A stretch of DNA of 64,000 nucleotides from a virus: positions 22,288-86,287 of IMG/VR virus record IMGVR_UViG_3300033149_004284; one strand, written 5' to 3'. Of the stretch, positions 9,585 to 19,229 are shown one piece after another. The notes under the pieces are model-generated. The model made no database searches. It had not been told where the DNA came from and saw only the letters and a list, made by a program, of their open reading frames with translations. The position numbers were made by a program, and so were the translations under genes. Positions within the stretch are counted from its first letter, which is position 1, and each line of letters starts with the position of its first letter.

Positions 9585-9851
9585 TTACGTGACCACTGGC
9601 GGGGCGTTGCCCGATTCTGTGATGCCGTCTGAGCTATCGAAAACCAGATCGAGCTTGCAACCGCCCGGTTGTGCCCCTTCTTGATAGTGCTTCTCGCAGA
9701 GGGCAAAAGTGGGCACCTTCTCGCCGGCTCGTGCAATGATGGTAGTGACACGCTCTCTACACCCACGGCAGTTGCAACGACGTAACCCCCAAGTGATAGC
9801 TAGTGCAGCTGTGTAGATGTTTGCTGTGTCTGGGTCTCGGATGATCTCCAT
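9585..9851 (-). CDS. Cys-rich hypothetical protein
   Basis: CNCRGC...LCEKH; AAGGAGG RBS. Confidence 0.55.
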   Translation of the reverse strand: MEIIRDPDTANIYTAALAITWGLRRCNCRGCRERVTTIIARAGEKVPTFALCEKHYQEGAQPGGCKLDLVFDSSDGITESGNAPPVVT

Positions 9852-9871
9852 TTGTTCCTCCTTGTCTACCG

Positions 9872-10102
9872 TCAGGGCGGGTCTGGCAACCCACTGAAAG
9901 GCATCCAGTGTGTAATCTCTGTGTAAGGAATTAAGCCCCGTGTGGGCCAGCGCATAAAGCTAGGGAGACCGAGAGATGTTGAGTGGCCCCAATAGCGAGC
10001 TAAAGCCACGATGCGCTCACCTTTACACAGACGCCGATAACAGATAAATACGTCACGGTCTCTAGGTACTGGGAAGTCTACTACCCGCTTCCACTCAGTC
10101 AT
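9872..10102 (-). CDS. DUF551-like phage protein
   Basis: MTEW...P start and ITHWMP..LPDPP end. Confidence 0.7.
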   Translation of the reverse strand: MTEWKRVVDFPVPRDRDVFICYRRLCKGERIVALARYWGHSTSLGLPSFMRWPTRGLIPYTEITHWMPFSGLPDPP

Positions 10103-10146
10103 TTGATTTCTCCTTCCTGCGGCTCGCTCTTCACTCGATACAGGCA

Positions 10147-11657
10147 TCACTTAGCATTGGGACCTCCTTCGCATAACATATTCAGCATCGGGCAATCATC
10201 TATCACCCGCTTTCTTGCCATCTTGCAATACTCCTCTGACAAGTCTATCCCAATCGCCCTCCTTCCTAGCCGCAGGGCCACCATGACGCTTGTCCCACTC
10301 CCAACAAAGGGGTCAAGAACTATGCAAGGAACTGGGTTATGCCCACATGAACACCCAGGCCGCCATTTGTCCGTTGCGCGACTGGTGAGAGCCCATCCCG
10401 TGCTATCAGTTTTCGTGGGTGCGTTGTTAGGTACGTGCGCTGGCTCTCGCTTGTTAATGTGGCCTGTCCGTTCGATGATTCTGTTCCATCCCTTCCCGCA
10501 CTCCGGGCAGCATCCGCGCTCGGAAGTTCCGAGGTGAATGCACCTCTCAGGAAGCACAGTGGGAAATACGGCGAAGTGCAGCCCTGGAAATCCGCTTGTG
10601 GGGAATCTCCAAACGTCTCTCAGGTTGGCTCCTCGCCTATCAGGCTCCCATCTCTTACCACTGTAGGTCGGATTCCCGTAGCCAGCTGCCTTCTCACCAC
10701 CGAACTTGATATTCAATCGCGGTCTGTCCATTGAGTGTACTGTCTGCCCAGGGACGCCGCGTGAGCGCTTATGGCTGTCGCTCACCCCGCGTTTGTACCT
10801 TGCTACTGAGGCTTCTTTCAAAGGCGTCCTTACAGCGTAGTTGTCATAGTAGTATCGGGCGCTTTTCGTAAGTAGCAGAATATGCTCGTAGCTGGATGTG
10901 CATCTGTCAGTGACACTTTCCGGCATCGGGTTCGGTTTGGCCCAGACTATTGACGACCTCAGCCACCATCCGTCTCTTTGCAGAGCCATGCCCAGCATCC
11001 AGGGGATAGGAACCCATTGTTTATCCTGGAATGAACCGGCTATGTTCAGCCACAGCGTGCCGTCATCCCTGAGCACCCTTTTCACTTCTCTGAATATCCC
11101 AACCAGATGGCAAATGTAGCAAGCTCCGCAAAGGCGCGGCCTGAAATACTTGGCTAGATGAGCAGGCACAGCGTATCTCGGTAGAGTTATCTCGGTTTGC
11201 ATCCTAGCCCTTTCGAGTTCTGACATGACATAGGCACGCTCTTTATCAGTCAGGTCTGGCCGCAATTCCTGGAATGGCCGCCCACAGTCTGGCGTTGGCT
11301 CCAGGCCCAGCGACCCGCGCCAGCAGCCACAGAGACGACAGAAGGCATGATTGTGCGGTTTATGTCGGCTTCCTGCATTACTATCCTGTTTTGCTGATGG
11401 CCCACCTGACATTCCTGGTCGTATCTGCTCGTCCCACTCATGCTTGCACTCATCCGAGCCGCCCCAGAGTAAGGGCGGCAAATTGTAGTCTCTTAATCCC
11501 CATGGAATCACCAGTAGGGTGGCGAGGTACAAACCGTCTGGACGCAAGCATCTGGCATAGTACGCAAGACATCCCTAACATCGCCCTGCACAACAGCCCA
11601 CTGCCGGCTTCCAGCCAATACCTCACTCAACCCTACTGGTTGTCTCTCTCCCTTCAT
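10147..11657 (-). CDS. beta-class N4-C/N6-A DNA methyltransferase, interrupted by an 11-nt insertion after SPPYW
   Basis: 5' segment 11657-11511 translates ...QGDVRDVLRTMPDACVQTVCTSPPYW then TGA; another frame continues GLRDY...WAKPNPMPESVTDR...HFAVFP...VLDPFVGSGT. Confidence 0.85.
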
Positions 11658-11830
11658 CTGATAAATTGCCTTTCATATTAGCCATGCTATGAACCCAGTG
11701 GTGACACTTACGCAAAGCAAAGTTAGATTGCCAAGGTCACAACGCAGCCATCTATCCTCGCCAAGACCTCCCTACAATCCCCCTGCACGATGGCCCACTT
11801 GCGCTGGCCTGATAATACTTCATCTATCAT
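11623..11830 (-). pseudogene. remnant: methyltransferase N terminus joined to an HNH C terminus
   Basis: MIDEVLSGQRKWAIVQGDCREVL, then in shifted frames LRCDLGNLTLLC and RKCHHWVHS. Confidence 0.65.
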
Positions 11831-12080
11831 TTGAGACTACCTCACCAGATATTTTGAGATTCAATTTAAGATATTCAGGGACACTCTCTCCTTCCTCGAA
11901 GAAGAGATACTCGGCGTCTTTACCTAGCCGTCGAATACACCGATCCCTGAATTCAGGCGTTACTGGCTCATGACCATGCTTGAGACGAGAGAGATGCTCG
12001 TAACTATAGCCTAACAGGTCAGCCATCTCTTTCATAGGTACTCTGTAGTCTTCGGCCCATCGAAACAGACTTGTCTGCAT
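11820..12080 (-). CDS. Cro/XRE-like HTH protein
   Basis: MKEMADLLGYSYEHLSRLKHG. Confidence 0.75.
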   Translation of the reverse strand: MQTSLFRWAEDYRVPMKEMADLLGYSYEHLSRLKHGHEPVTPEFRDRCIRRLGKDAEYLFFEEGESVPEYLKLNLKISGEVVSNDR

Positions 12081-12161
12081 AACAGTCTCCTTGCTAGTTG
12101 TTGTTAGTCATTGGTCACTTAGTCTCTTAGTCGCTCTAGGCTAGTATTCTCTCTAGCCTCT

Positions 12162-13076
12162 CTAACCTAGTATTCTCTCAAGATGGTTGCCAAAATTGCT
12201 ATGCCCTGCCCTCTTGAGATACTGTAAGCCGAGAACAGTCAGCTTGCGTCCCCGCCCTGTAATCTCAATAAGAGCCTTTCGCAGCAACAAGGGCTCATAG
12301 ATCTCCTTGATAGTTCTCGCGTTCTCGGCTAAGGCTCCTGCTAAGGTCGATGCGCCTGCTGGCCCTCCCCCAAACATTATACCAAGAACCATCAGGTACT
12401 TTCTCTCCTCAGGCCTAATTCCCAAGAAGTCTATCCCCAAACTAGACAGGATTTCGCCGATGTCAGAAGCCGATGCCTGGTTAGTCACGTCCCTGACACG
12501 TCTCAGCAGATGGTTCGCGATCCTCGGCGTGCCCCTGGCCCTTTCTGCCAAAGCCTCACTAGCACCTGGCTCCAGCGTCACGCCCAGTGCTGCTGCTGAG
12601 TTCTCGACAATCTCGGCTAAGTCCTCAGTCGGATAGAAGTCCAGTCTCAGTCTCAGAGGAAACCTGGTTCTGAGGGGGGCTGTTACCTCCGCAGGCCGCG
12701 TTGTGGCTGCTATGATAGTCCCTCGAGCGCTTCGATCCATTAGGTTTGCCAAACGCTCCTGGCTATCTATGTCCAGAGCATGAACCTCGTCTATGAAGAT
12801 GAACTGAACGGATTCAGGTTCCCTGCTTCCTAGTTCTCTAGTTAGGCCTGCTTCCAAGTCATCATAGTCTTGGCCTGTAACTCTGACAAGGTCCTGGCCT
12901 CCTACCAGCCTAGCCAGCGTCGTCTTGCCGAGCCCTGGTGGTCCAGTCAAGAGAAGGTGATCAAGAGGTTCTGACCTTCCCTCGGCTGCCCCCAGGGCCC
13001 TTCGCAAGACATCTTTGATTTGTTGCTGGCCAATAAAGTCCTGCCAGGCTTGGGGGCGGAGTTTACTATCGAGCAT
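12162..13076 (-). CDS. ruvB: RuvB-like AAA+ ATPase
   Basis: LRPQ..DFIGQ, LDHLLLTGPPGLGKTTLA, FIDEVH, AATTR, PLRTRF, RGTPRIA..LLRRVRD, YEP.L..ITGRGR. Confidence 0.9.
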   Translation of the reverse strand: MLDSKLRPQAWQDFIGQQQIKDVLRRALGAAEGRSEPLDHLLLTGPPGLGKTTLARLVGGQDLVRVTGQDYDDLEAGLTRELGSREPESVQFIFIDEVHALDIDSQERLANLMDRSARGTIIAATTRPAEVTAPLRTRFPLRLRLDFYPTEDLAEIVENSAAALGVTLEPGASEALAERARGTPRIANHLLRRVRDVTNQASASDIGEILSSLGIDFLGIRPEERKYLMVLGIMFGGGPAGASTLAGALAENARTIKEIYEPLLLRKALIEITGRGRKLTVLGLQYLKRAGHSNFGNHLERILG

Positions 13077-13114
13077 TGCTATTGACAATAGAGTGCAAGC
13101 CATCCACGTTTCCT

Positions 13115-13309
13115 CTACCTCCGAAAGTACGGGTTGACTAGCAGAGCCACTACAACCAAGAGCCAGCCCAGAACAAAGAAGACAACAAAGACACCAACCG
13201 CGACATCCAAGAGATTTCTCTTCATCACACCAACGCCTGGTTTGACCAACTGCCAGAACTTGGTCCACGTCATCATGGCCTTTTCCTCCTTCCTAGAATT
13301 ACCTCTCAT
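13115..13309 (-). CDS. small membrane protein
   Basis: one long hydrophobic segment. Confidence 0.5.
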   Translation of the reverse strand: MRGNSRKEEKAMMTWTKFWQLVKPGVGVMKRNLLDVAVGVFVVFFVLGWLLVVVALLVNPYFRR

Positions 13310-13321
13310 TGTCGCCTCCGT

Positions 13322-14287
13322 CTAAATGTGTGCATCAACCAGATAGACCCTCTGGTTAGGACTCGACTTCTCAAGCTCTCCCACGAAAGACCAGAAGGCT
13401 GCATCATAGCCTTCGTTTGGGTTGGTAGTCAGGGCCCAGTAACCCATCTGGGCTCGTTCTACCCATTCGCCATCCGAGGTCACAAAGGCAAAAGTCAGCG
13501 CCCTGGCCTTCTGCTTCAGGATGAACTCCTTTTCGGATAATGCCAGGAGACTATCGTCCCCCCAGAGAAAGATATTTTCCCTTTGCAGAACTCTCCCCAG
13601 TAGCCTCTGTTTAGTATACTCGTGAAGTGTGCCTTCCCAGTTCTTGTCTCTCTCAAGGAGACTCAGGAAGTCAGCTCTGAACTCGCCAAGGTGAGCCTGA
13701 ACATCCATCGCCTCAGCCTCTACCTGGCATGCCTTAACAGCACGGAAGCTCTCTAGGGCTTTCGTGAAATCTTTGCCTCGCATTCCTTCCCAGTCTATCC
13801 AGGATACAGGAGCCCAATCGCAACAGAGCGGGTCTCTCTGGGGCTTGCCAACGACGCCTGGCTCCCCGAACCCCACTGTACCGTCCGCAATACTCGCTGG
13901 ACTGGGCTTCCGCTTCATTCGCAAGTAGCCTGACCAGCGGCCTCCTATCTCCCACCAGTCGTACTTCGCGTTTTCGTTCTGCCAGTAGCCAATACGTCCC
14001 TTGAGTGGGTCTCGGTTGAGGCCCGCCCACTCATTGCAGAACTTGTCAAAGTCCCCCTGACCATAGTACTCCAACAGAGTCTGACCAACAGACTCAGGAT
14101 ACTGCCGACCTGTGTAGCTCTCCTCTGTGATGATCTCCTTGGCCTTCTCCTGGAGCTCGTCCTCTTTGTCAAAGAAAGACATGTAGTCGTAGGGAGGCTG
14201 GCTTACGCAGTTCTCCATGTAGGGTAACATCTTGTCTTCCAGGTCGTTCACGTCATCTGCGGGTATCAAGACACTAAAATGACTCAT
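13322..14287 (-). CDS. phage hypothetical protein
   Basis: MSHFSVLI start after AAGGAGG; NENAKYDWWEIGGRWSG; ends LVDAHI. Confidence 0.7.
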   Translation of the reverse strand: MSHFSVLIPADDVNDLEDKMLPYMENCVSQPPYDYMSFFDKEDELQEKAKEIITEESYTGRQYPESVGQTLLEYYGQGDFDKFCNEWAGLNRDPLKGRIGYWQNENAKYDWWEIGGRWSGYLRMKRKPSPASIADGTVGFGEPGVVGKPQRDPLCCDWAPVSWIDWEGMRGKDFTKALESFRAVKACQVEAEAMDVQAHLGEFRADFLSLLERDKNWEGTLHEYTKQRLLGRVLQRENIFLWGDDSLLALSEKEFILKQKARALTFAFVTSDGEWVERAQMGYWALTTNPNEGYDAAFWSFVGELEKSSPNQRVYLVDAHI

Positions 14288-14309
14288 CGAGATTCCTCCT
14301 TTTGTTGAT

Positions 14310-14762
14310 TCAGCCGCCGCCCCAGAGCAGAAACCCTCCCTGCTCAGCAACAACCAGTGGCTCCTTCTGAATATCCTTCTCGACTTGCTCCCGCAACGAA
14401 GCAAGGAGAATTGGATTCTTCACATGCTCGCCGATACTCTGCTCATACGCCTGAAACACTGCCCTCCGCGCTTCCTCAACATCACAAGCCAACGCAAACA
14501 CCACCCCGCTAGTCCAGTTGTAAAGAACATCCTCCCAGACGAACAGTTTGAGTTGATCTTGACCTCCCAACACCACAACTCTGTAAATAGACACATTCTC
14601 CTGATTCTCTGGACAGGGTGCATTCGTCCTGATGTAGACCTTCTCGCCGATGCTCTCCTTGTCCATGGCGTTATCCCAGTACCTAGAACCCGCCGTAGAG
14701 AAAAGGTCGCCTGGCTGTAAGTCTTTTCCCAGAACCGCCTCTGCGCGAGCCTTGACTGTCAT
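14310..14762 (-). CDS. hypothetical protein
   Basis: ATG at 14762 after AAGGAGG. Confidence 0.6.
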   Translation of the reverse strand: MTVKARAEAVLGKDLQPGDLFSTAGSRYWDNAMDKESIGEKVYIRTNAPCPENQENVSIYRVVVLGGQDQLKLFVWEDVLYNWTSGVVFALACDVEEARRAVFQAYEQSIGEHVKNPILLASLREQVEKDIQKEPLVVAEQGGFLLWGGG

Positions 14763-14849
14763 TTCTCCTCCTTTTGACATCAATTCCTTCATCGAGGAAG
14801 CCCCGCCATGACTATACTTCCGCCATCGAAGATTAGGGTTTGCATATTC

Positions 14850-15368
14850 TCACCCTCCCTTGCGGGCTCTCACAATCTGCGCTTCATACAGTAAGATAGC
14901 TTCTTTCCGAGTTGGCAGAGAACCCTTAGCGCAGAATATCATGCAGCGGTAGAAACAGCCGTCTGGGGACCTCGCAATTTCAGGTTTACCGCTAAAGTGG
15001 TCGGAGACTCGCCGATCAAATGGGCAGAAGTTCCTCAATGTATTGTACTTTGGAGCTACTCGCCCTCTCTTAATGAACTCGTCTGGCCACAGGTGATCTT
15101 CGGCATCTGGCCATGCTTCTGCGTCCCTACTACACTTACCCCAAGAGCAGTAGAACTCCTTGGCCCCGATCTCGTCACAGTTGTAGTATGAGAAATTCAA
15201 GCCTGCTTTCAATCGTTCCACCATCCGTTCAAGAAATACTACATAGCGTTCATTGGACAGTTCCATCTTCTTGTACCGACAGAGAATACAGATCGTCTCG
15301 GCCTCGACTGGGATAAACTCCTTGCCACAAGAATCACAAATGGCTGTCTTTCGCCTTCTTACTCGCAT
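14850..15368 (-). CDS. Cys-rich hypothetical protein
   Basis: CDSCG..CILC, CSWGKC, CPFD, GCFYRC. Confidence 0.6.
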   Translation of the reverse strand: MRVRRRKTAICDSCGKEFIPVEAETICILCRYKKMELSNERYVVFLERMVERLKAGLNFSYYNCDEIGAKEFYCSWGKCSRDAEAWPDAEDHLWPDEFIKRGRVAPKYNTLRNFCPFDRRVSDHFSGKPEIARSPDGCFYRCMIFCAKGSLPTRKEAILLYEAQIVRARKGG

Positions 15369-15742
15369 AGCCTTCTCGCCTCCGCAGTGTACCAATCCCA
15401 GGTATTCATCGAGGAAGCCTTACCTTTGTAAATTACTATCCCTCCACCACCGAAGTCGCCCACTCGCGGCTTAGAGCAGGTCCCTGCCCAGGAAAGACTC
15501 CAGGGCTCCTCTACCTCAAACCGTTCCTGGAAGGCGGCAACTGTGTCTGCCAGAGCGCCAATATCGCCTGAGTCTTCAGAGTGGACCCAAACATCCTTCC
15601 CCTCTGCTGCGAACTCGCACGGCGGATACGCTGTTCCGTCATCATCCTTGACTGCCCCTGTGAGTTTCTGTATCAGCCAGTCCTGCTGCTCCTTCGTCTT
15701 ACAAGGAACTATCTCCGAGAACAGGGTCCAATAGTCAGCCAT
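15359..15742 (-). CDS. hypothetical protein
   Basis: 127 aa, GGAGG RBS, CSKPRVGDFGGG motif. Confidence 0.7.
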   Translation of the reverse strand: MADYWTLFSEIVPCKTKEQQDWLIQKLTGAVKDDDGTAYPPCEFAAEGKDVWVHSEDSGDIGALADTVAAFQERFEVEEPWSLSWAGTCSKPRVGDFGGGGIVIYKGKASSMNTWDWYTAEARRLCE

Positions 15743-15745
15743 CAG

Positions 15746-16246
15746 TTACCTCCCAGGAGACTTTTCCGCTGTCGCCAAAGTCTTCAAGCTGCTGTCCTCG
15801 GGCAACTCCCCTTCCTCTGTGACGTAGGGCAGGACTCCCTCCAGGACATCCGCACTCTTGTAAGTAGGACCCGTCACAAACATATCCAGGAGATGGTGGT
15901 CAGGCGTAGTGATGATATAGCCATGCACGATACACCTGTCACCATTGTAGTGGAAGAGCTCTGAGACCCAGATGGAGTCCTTGCGCCCCGCTGTCAGTCT
16001 GATAACTGACTGCCGCACCGACGTAGGCATTGTGGGCCAGTTGCCCAGATCATAGTTGCGTAAGTAGCCTGGCTCATAGTCCGTTCGACTCCAGGTCTTG
16101 ACACACATCTCGCCTCGCACATAGAAGGCAGACTGAGTATTGGCTATAATGTTGCCTGTGCTGACGATGTTCGTCTGGCGGTCGAAAGTCTTATGCCCAG
16201 TCTCGACCAGCATACGATTAGGATTCTTCCAAACTTTCGCTTTCAT
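15746..16246 (-). CDS. hypothetical protein
   Basis: 166 aa, GGAGG RBS, ATGA overlap. Confidence 0.65.
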   Translation of the reverse strand: MKAKVWKNPNRMLVETGHKTFDRQTNIVSTGNIIANTQSAFYVRGEMCVKTWSRTDYEPGYLRNYDLGNWPTMPTSVRQSVIRLTAGRKDSIWVSELFHYNGDRCIVHGYIITTPDHHLLDMFVTGPTYKSADVLEGVLPYVTEEGELPEDSSLKTLATAEKSPGR

Positions 16247-16668
16247 GATCCCTCCCTTGAGACGCTAAAGAACCCGTTTTCGTCTCCGTACAGACCTCTC
16301 AACTCATCAAATATCTCCAGTAGCAAGGCTCGATCCTCGCCCTTCAACTCCCGACTAGCGCCATCAAACCAGTTGAGAAACCAGTACTCCACTCTCCAGG
16401 CATCATACCTCCCACCAGGATAGAAGCGAAACTCGTCCTGAGGGCCACCCCAGGAAATCTGATAACGATAGTAGCCCTGTTGCTGGTCCCTGAAAGTGCC
16501 CGCTTCCACATAGTCAAAACTCAGGCCATAGTCAAACAGATAGGACTCTACCTCTTCGCAGTACTCTTCGCTCCGCTGGTAGGAAGCCCAGAGCAACCTC
16601 AAATCCCTGAGCCTGGCCTCCATCTCCTCGTCAGTTCGCTCCTCACAAGTTCTCTGTTTCACAGTCAT
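16243..16668 (-). CDS. phage hypothetical protein
   Basis: YRYQISWGGPQDEFRF motif; AAGGAGG RBS. Confidence 0.7.
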   Translation of the reverse strand: MTVKQRTCEERTDEEMEARLRDLRLLWASYQRSEEYCEEVESYLFDYGLSFDYVEAGTFRDQQQGYYRYQISWGGPQDEFRFYPGGRYDAWRVEYWFLNWFDGASRELKGEDRALLLEIFDELRGLYGDENGFFSVSREGS

Positions 16669-16742
16669 ACTTCTCCCTCCTTAACAACTTAGTGAGATAC
16701 TACTGTCAATCCATTCGCTCCCTCAGCCTTGTGAGGGGGGTC

Positions 16743-16806
16743 AAAGGTGGGGGCGGGACTCGAACCCGCCCAGGCCTCATACCTGCCTGTTGCCATGCCC
16801 ACCTTT
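16743..16806 (-). ncRNA. tRNA-like element lacking a D arm
   Basis: AAAGGTGGG/CCCACCTTT stem, CAGGC/GCCTG stem, GGCGGG-TTCGAGT-CCCGCC T arm; intergenic, sense strand. Confidence 0.55.
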
Positions 16807-16819
16807 AACTGCCGTCTTC

Positions 16820-17146
16820 TCACGCCCTCGCCATGGCTTCTCGCCAGTCTCTTACCTTCTCTCGCCATAGTCCTGCGAACTCCCGCTGCTCGTCTGGGGT
16901 GACGTCTGCCACCTTGAACAGCCGCCTTAGGTTGGCCTCCCAGTCACTCAGGCTTCCAATGAAGTCGTTGCAGCCGATGTCTCCATCAATGCGAGCCAGC
17001 AGGCCACCATCGCAAGTGACATGCAGCTCCCGTATCTCAGGCTTTGTCCAGGACTGACCCAGAACATAACCCAGAATGGCTGACATCTTGCCACTCATAG
17101 CCGTGAACCTACTTGGGTGCAGCTTCTCACTTAGAGACATGTTCAC
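16820..17146 (-). CDS. hypothetical protein
   Basis: 108 aa, AAGGAGG RBS. Confidence 0.65.
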   Translation of the reverse strand: MNMSLSEKLHPSRFTAMSGKMSAILGYVLGQSWTKPEIRELHVTCDGGLLARIDGDIGCNDFIGSLSDWEANLRRLFKVADVTPDEQREFAGLWREKVRDWREAMARA

Positions 17147-17787
17147 TTCCTCCTTCTGCTATCCGCCCGTTGGCGGGGCTATTTTCTTGCCTGCCCACAA
17201 TGCACTCTCCTGGTAAGCTGGCACTCGCAAGAGCGCGGCCATCGCATATCTACGCTGTCACCCTCCCCACCCCGCGTCGCTGCTCTTATCCAGCGTTGCT
17301 ATGTTCACATGCACATCGCAGACTCGGCCAGGTCGCTTTGCCAGTTACGAGGCCACTGGCAGGGCACTGATTCTGCTCTCTGTGGTCATCTCGCCTTTTG
17401 GCAGACAGCACACCAGAGAGTTGCCGCCGAAGGGTGTTTACAGCGAATGCTGTACAAGTTGTGCCCACACTTCGGACACAGATAGCGAGTACGCCGCGAG
17501 CTGCTGACCCTCCAGGACGGCGTTCCTGGAAACGGCTGCCCTTTTCGGGGGATATATGGTGTATCCCTTGGGGTTGCCATCTCTCTTACTCCTTATCAGT
17601 CACGAGGCTACTGGTGAGCCGCACATCTACCTGCTTATCAATATTCCAGATAGTCCAGTAGCCAAAGCATCACTTGAAACCCAACTATGCCTAGCATCAG
17701 CCACAAGCCGCTCAGGTCAGGACGTCTCTTCTCAGGCTTCAGCCAGTCTTGACTCGCCCAGTCTCTCTTCATTTGCCTCTCTCCTGT

Positions 17788-18078
17788 CTACCTCACTATC
17801 TGATTGGCGATATATTCTTGTACAGCCACGAGAGCCCTCTCGCCTATCGAGCCTGTCTCTCCGCCCTTCATACGAGCCAGTGCGGGAATATCAGCACACA
17901 TCTGCAATGCCTCTCTCCTGTCCCAAGGCCCAAGGTCTTTAGCGACATCCAGGGCCAGATGCCAAGGGCTCCAAGAATTCCAGGAGTCAGGGCTCTCTTT
18001 CTGTCGGTACTTGGCCCACTCTTTGTGCTTGGCCCTGGCTTGCCTAACTATTCTCTCCAGTTTCTGTTTGCTGGTCAT
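17788..18078 (-). CDS. hypothetical protein
   Basis: 96 aa, AAGGAGG RBS. Confidence 0.6.
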   Translation of the reverse strand: MTSKQKLERIVRQARAKHKEWAKYRQKESPDSWNSWSPWHLALDVAKDLGPWDRREALQMCADIPALARMKGGETGSIGERALVAVQEYIANQIVR

Positions 18079-18106
18079 CCGAGTTCCTCCTTTTATGCTT
18101 GAGTTC

Positions 18107-18313
18107 CTATAACCATGGAAGAGTCTTTGCCTTACCTTCCTTTCTCCACTCCCACCCGCAAGTTAAGCAAAACCGTCTTTGCCTCTTTCTATGAATGTAC
18201 CGCCGCCTTGTCTCGCCACATACAGGACACTCCTCTCCAAGAGAGACTTTTCGCAGCGCCCCTTTGGAGATAACAATTCCTTTCGCTGCGAGGATTTCTC
18301 CTATCGTTGCCAT
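18107..18313 (-). CDS. Zn-ribbon protein
   Basis: CPVCG...CLTCGWEW. Confidence 0.6.
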   Translation of the reverse strand: MATIGEILAAKGIVISKGALRKVSLGEECPVCGETRRRYIHRKRQRRFCLTCGWEWRKEGKAKTLPWL

Positions 18314-18513
18314 CAGTCTGTGCCCCTCACTGCCGTCTGAGCAGCGATCTCCCTCTTCACTCCTACTAACGCCCTCTCAGCCCGGCTGGCTATCCATCGG
18401 GCCGTGTCAAGGCGATACCCTAGCCAAGGTTTCTCGGCAACGATTTTCTCCAAGCGATGTACTTCCGCCTTCGCCTTGGCTGCTGCGTCCTCAAAGTCAA
18501 CCAGGTTTGTCAT
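18313..18513 (-). CDS. hypothetical protein
   Basis: 66 aa, coupled to both neighbours. Confidence 0.5.
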   Translation of the reverse strand: MTNLVDFEDAAAKAKAEVHRLEKIVAEKPWLGYRLDTARWIASRAERALVGVKREIAAQTAVRGTD

Positions 18514-19049
18514 CTTGTGAATCTCTCTGGCCCAAAGCTCTCAAAAGGATAGTTTTGGACCAGCCTTCTTAGTATTGCCACAAAGTAGCGATTGTGCACT
18601 GAGCCTTTCCATCTCTCGTCTCTGTCCACCTGCAACACATGGGCAAACTCGTGCAGCACTACCCGCCAGACTCCCTCATATCCTCTTTTTACCCCACGCC
18701 AGACACACTCCTGTTCGAGCCTAGAGCCAACGCTGCCATACTGGTAGGCCCAGAGCAATCCTTCTCTGCCATAGGTGATGGCATGTGCCTGGCTTCGCTT
18801 GCCGCCACCTCGATGGCGACTACCTGTGCCTCTCACTACCTCAGTGTAGAAGTGCAAGCCAACTCGCTCCTTGCGATAGAGTTCCTCGGTCAGCGCAACT
18901 GCGTACCGTGCTAGGCTTACTTGCTCAAGGCTTACTTCCTCAGTGTATACTTGCTCCATATCTACCTGCCCCGCCGCTTGCGCCTTGGGCAAGTAGGCAA
19001 ATCTCGGTAGCAACATACCGCGCATCTCCATCGGAAAGCCTTCTGGCAA
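18510..19049 (-). CDS. SprT-like zinc metallopeptidase
   Basis: VVLHEFAHVLQ...HNRYF; start uncertain. Confidence 0.65.
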   Translation of the reverse strand: MPEGFPMEMRGMLLPRFAYLPKAQAAGQVDMEQVYTEEVSLEQVSLARYAVALTEELYRKERVGLHFYTEVVRGTGSRHRGGGKRSQAHAITYGREGLLWAYQYGSVGSRLEQECVWRGVKRGYEGVWRVVLHEFAHVLQVDRDERWKGSVHNRYFVAILRRLVQNYPFESFGPERFTR

Positions 19050-19229
19050 TCTTCTATCTCTCGCTTCCTAGCCATCTTCCGGTCCTTCGCCTCTAACCTC
19101 CTGGCAAGCCGCAGATACCGCATGGTGCCAGGCTTAGCGCCGCGTTCCTGGACACGAATGTCCAAGTCAGAATAATAGCCCACAATTCCCTCCTTTCGGC
19201 TACTTGCTCTTCTCTCTCCCACCTACTCC

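Noticed and set aside
11508-11510. TGA stop-codon reassignment
   Set aside because: Readthrough stays out of frame and hits TAA four codons later; TGA terminates many genes here.
16743-16806. Functional canonical tRNA gene
   Set aside because: No D stem, 9-nt central loop, no assignable anticodon; reported only as tRNA-like.
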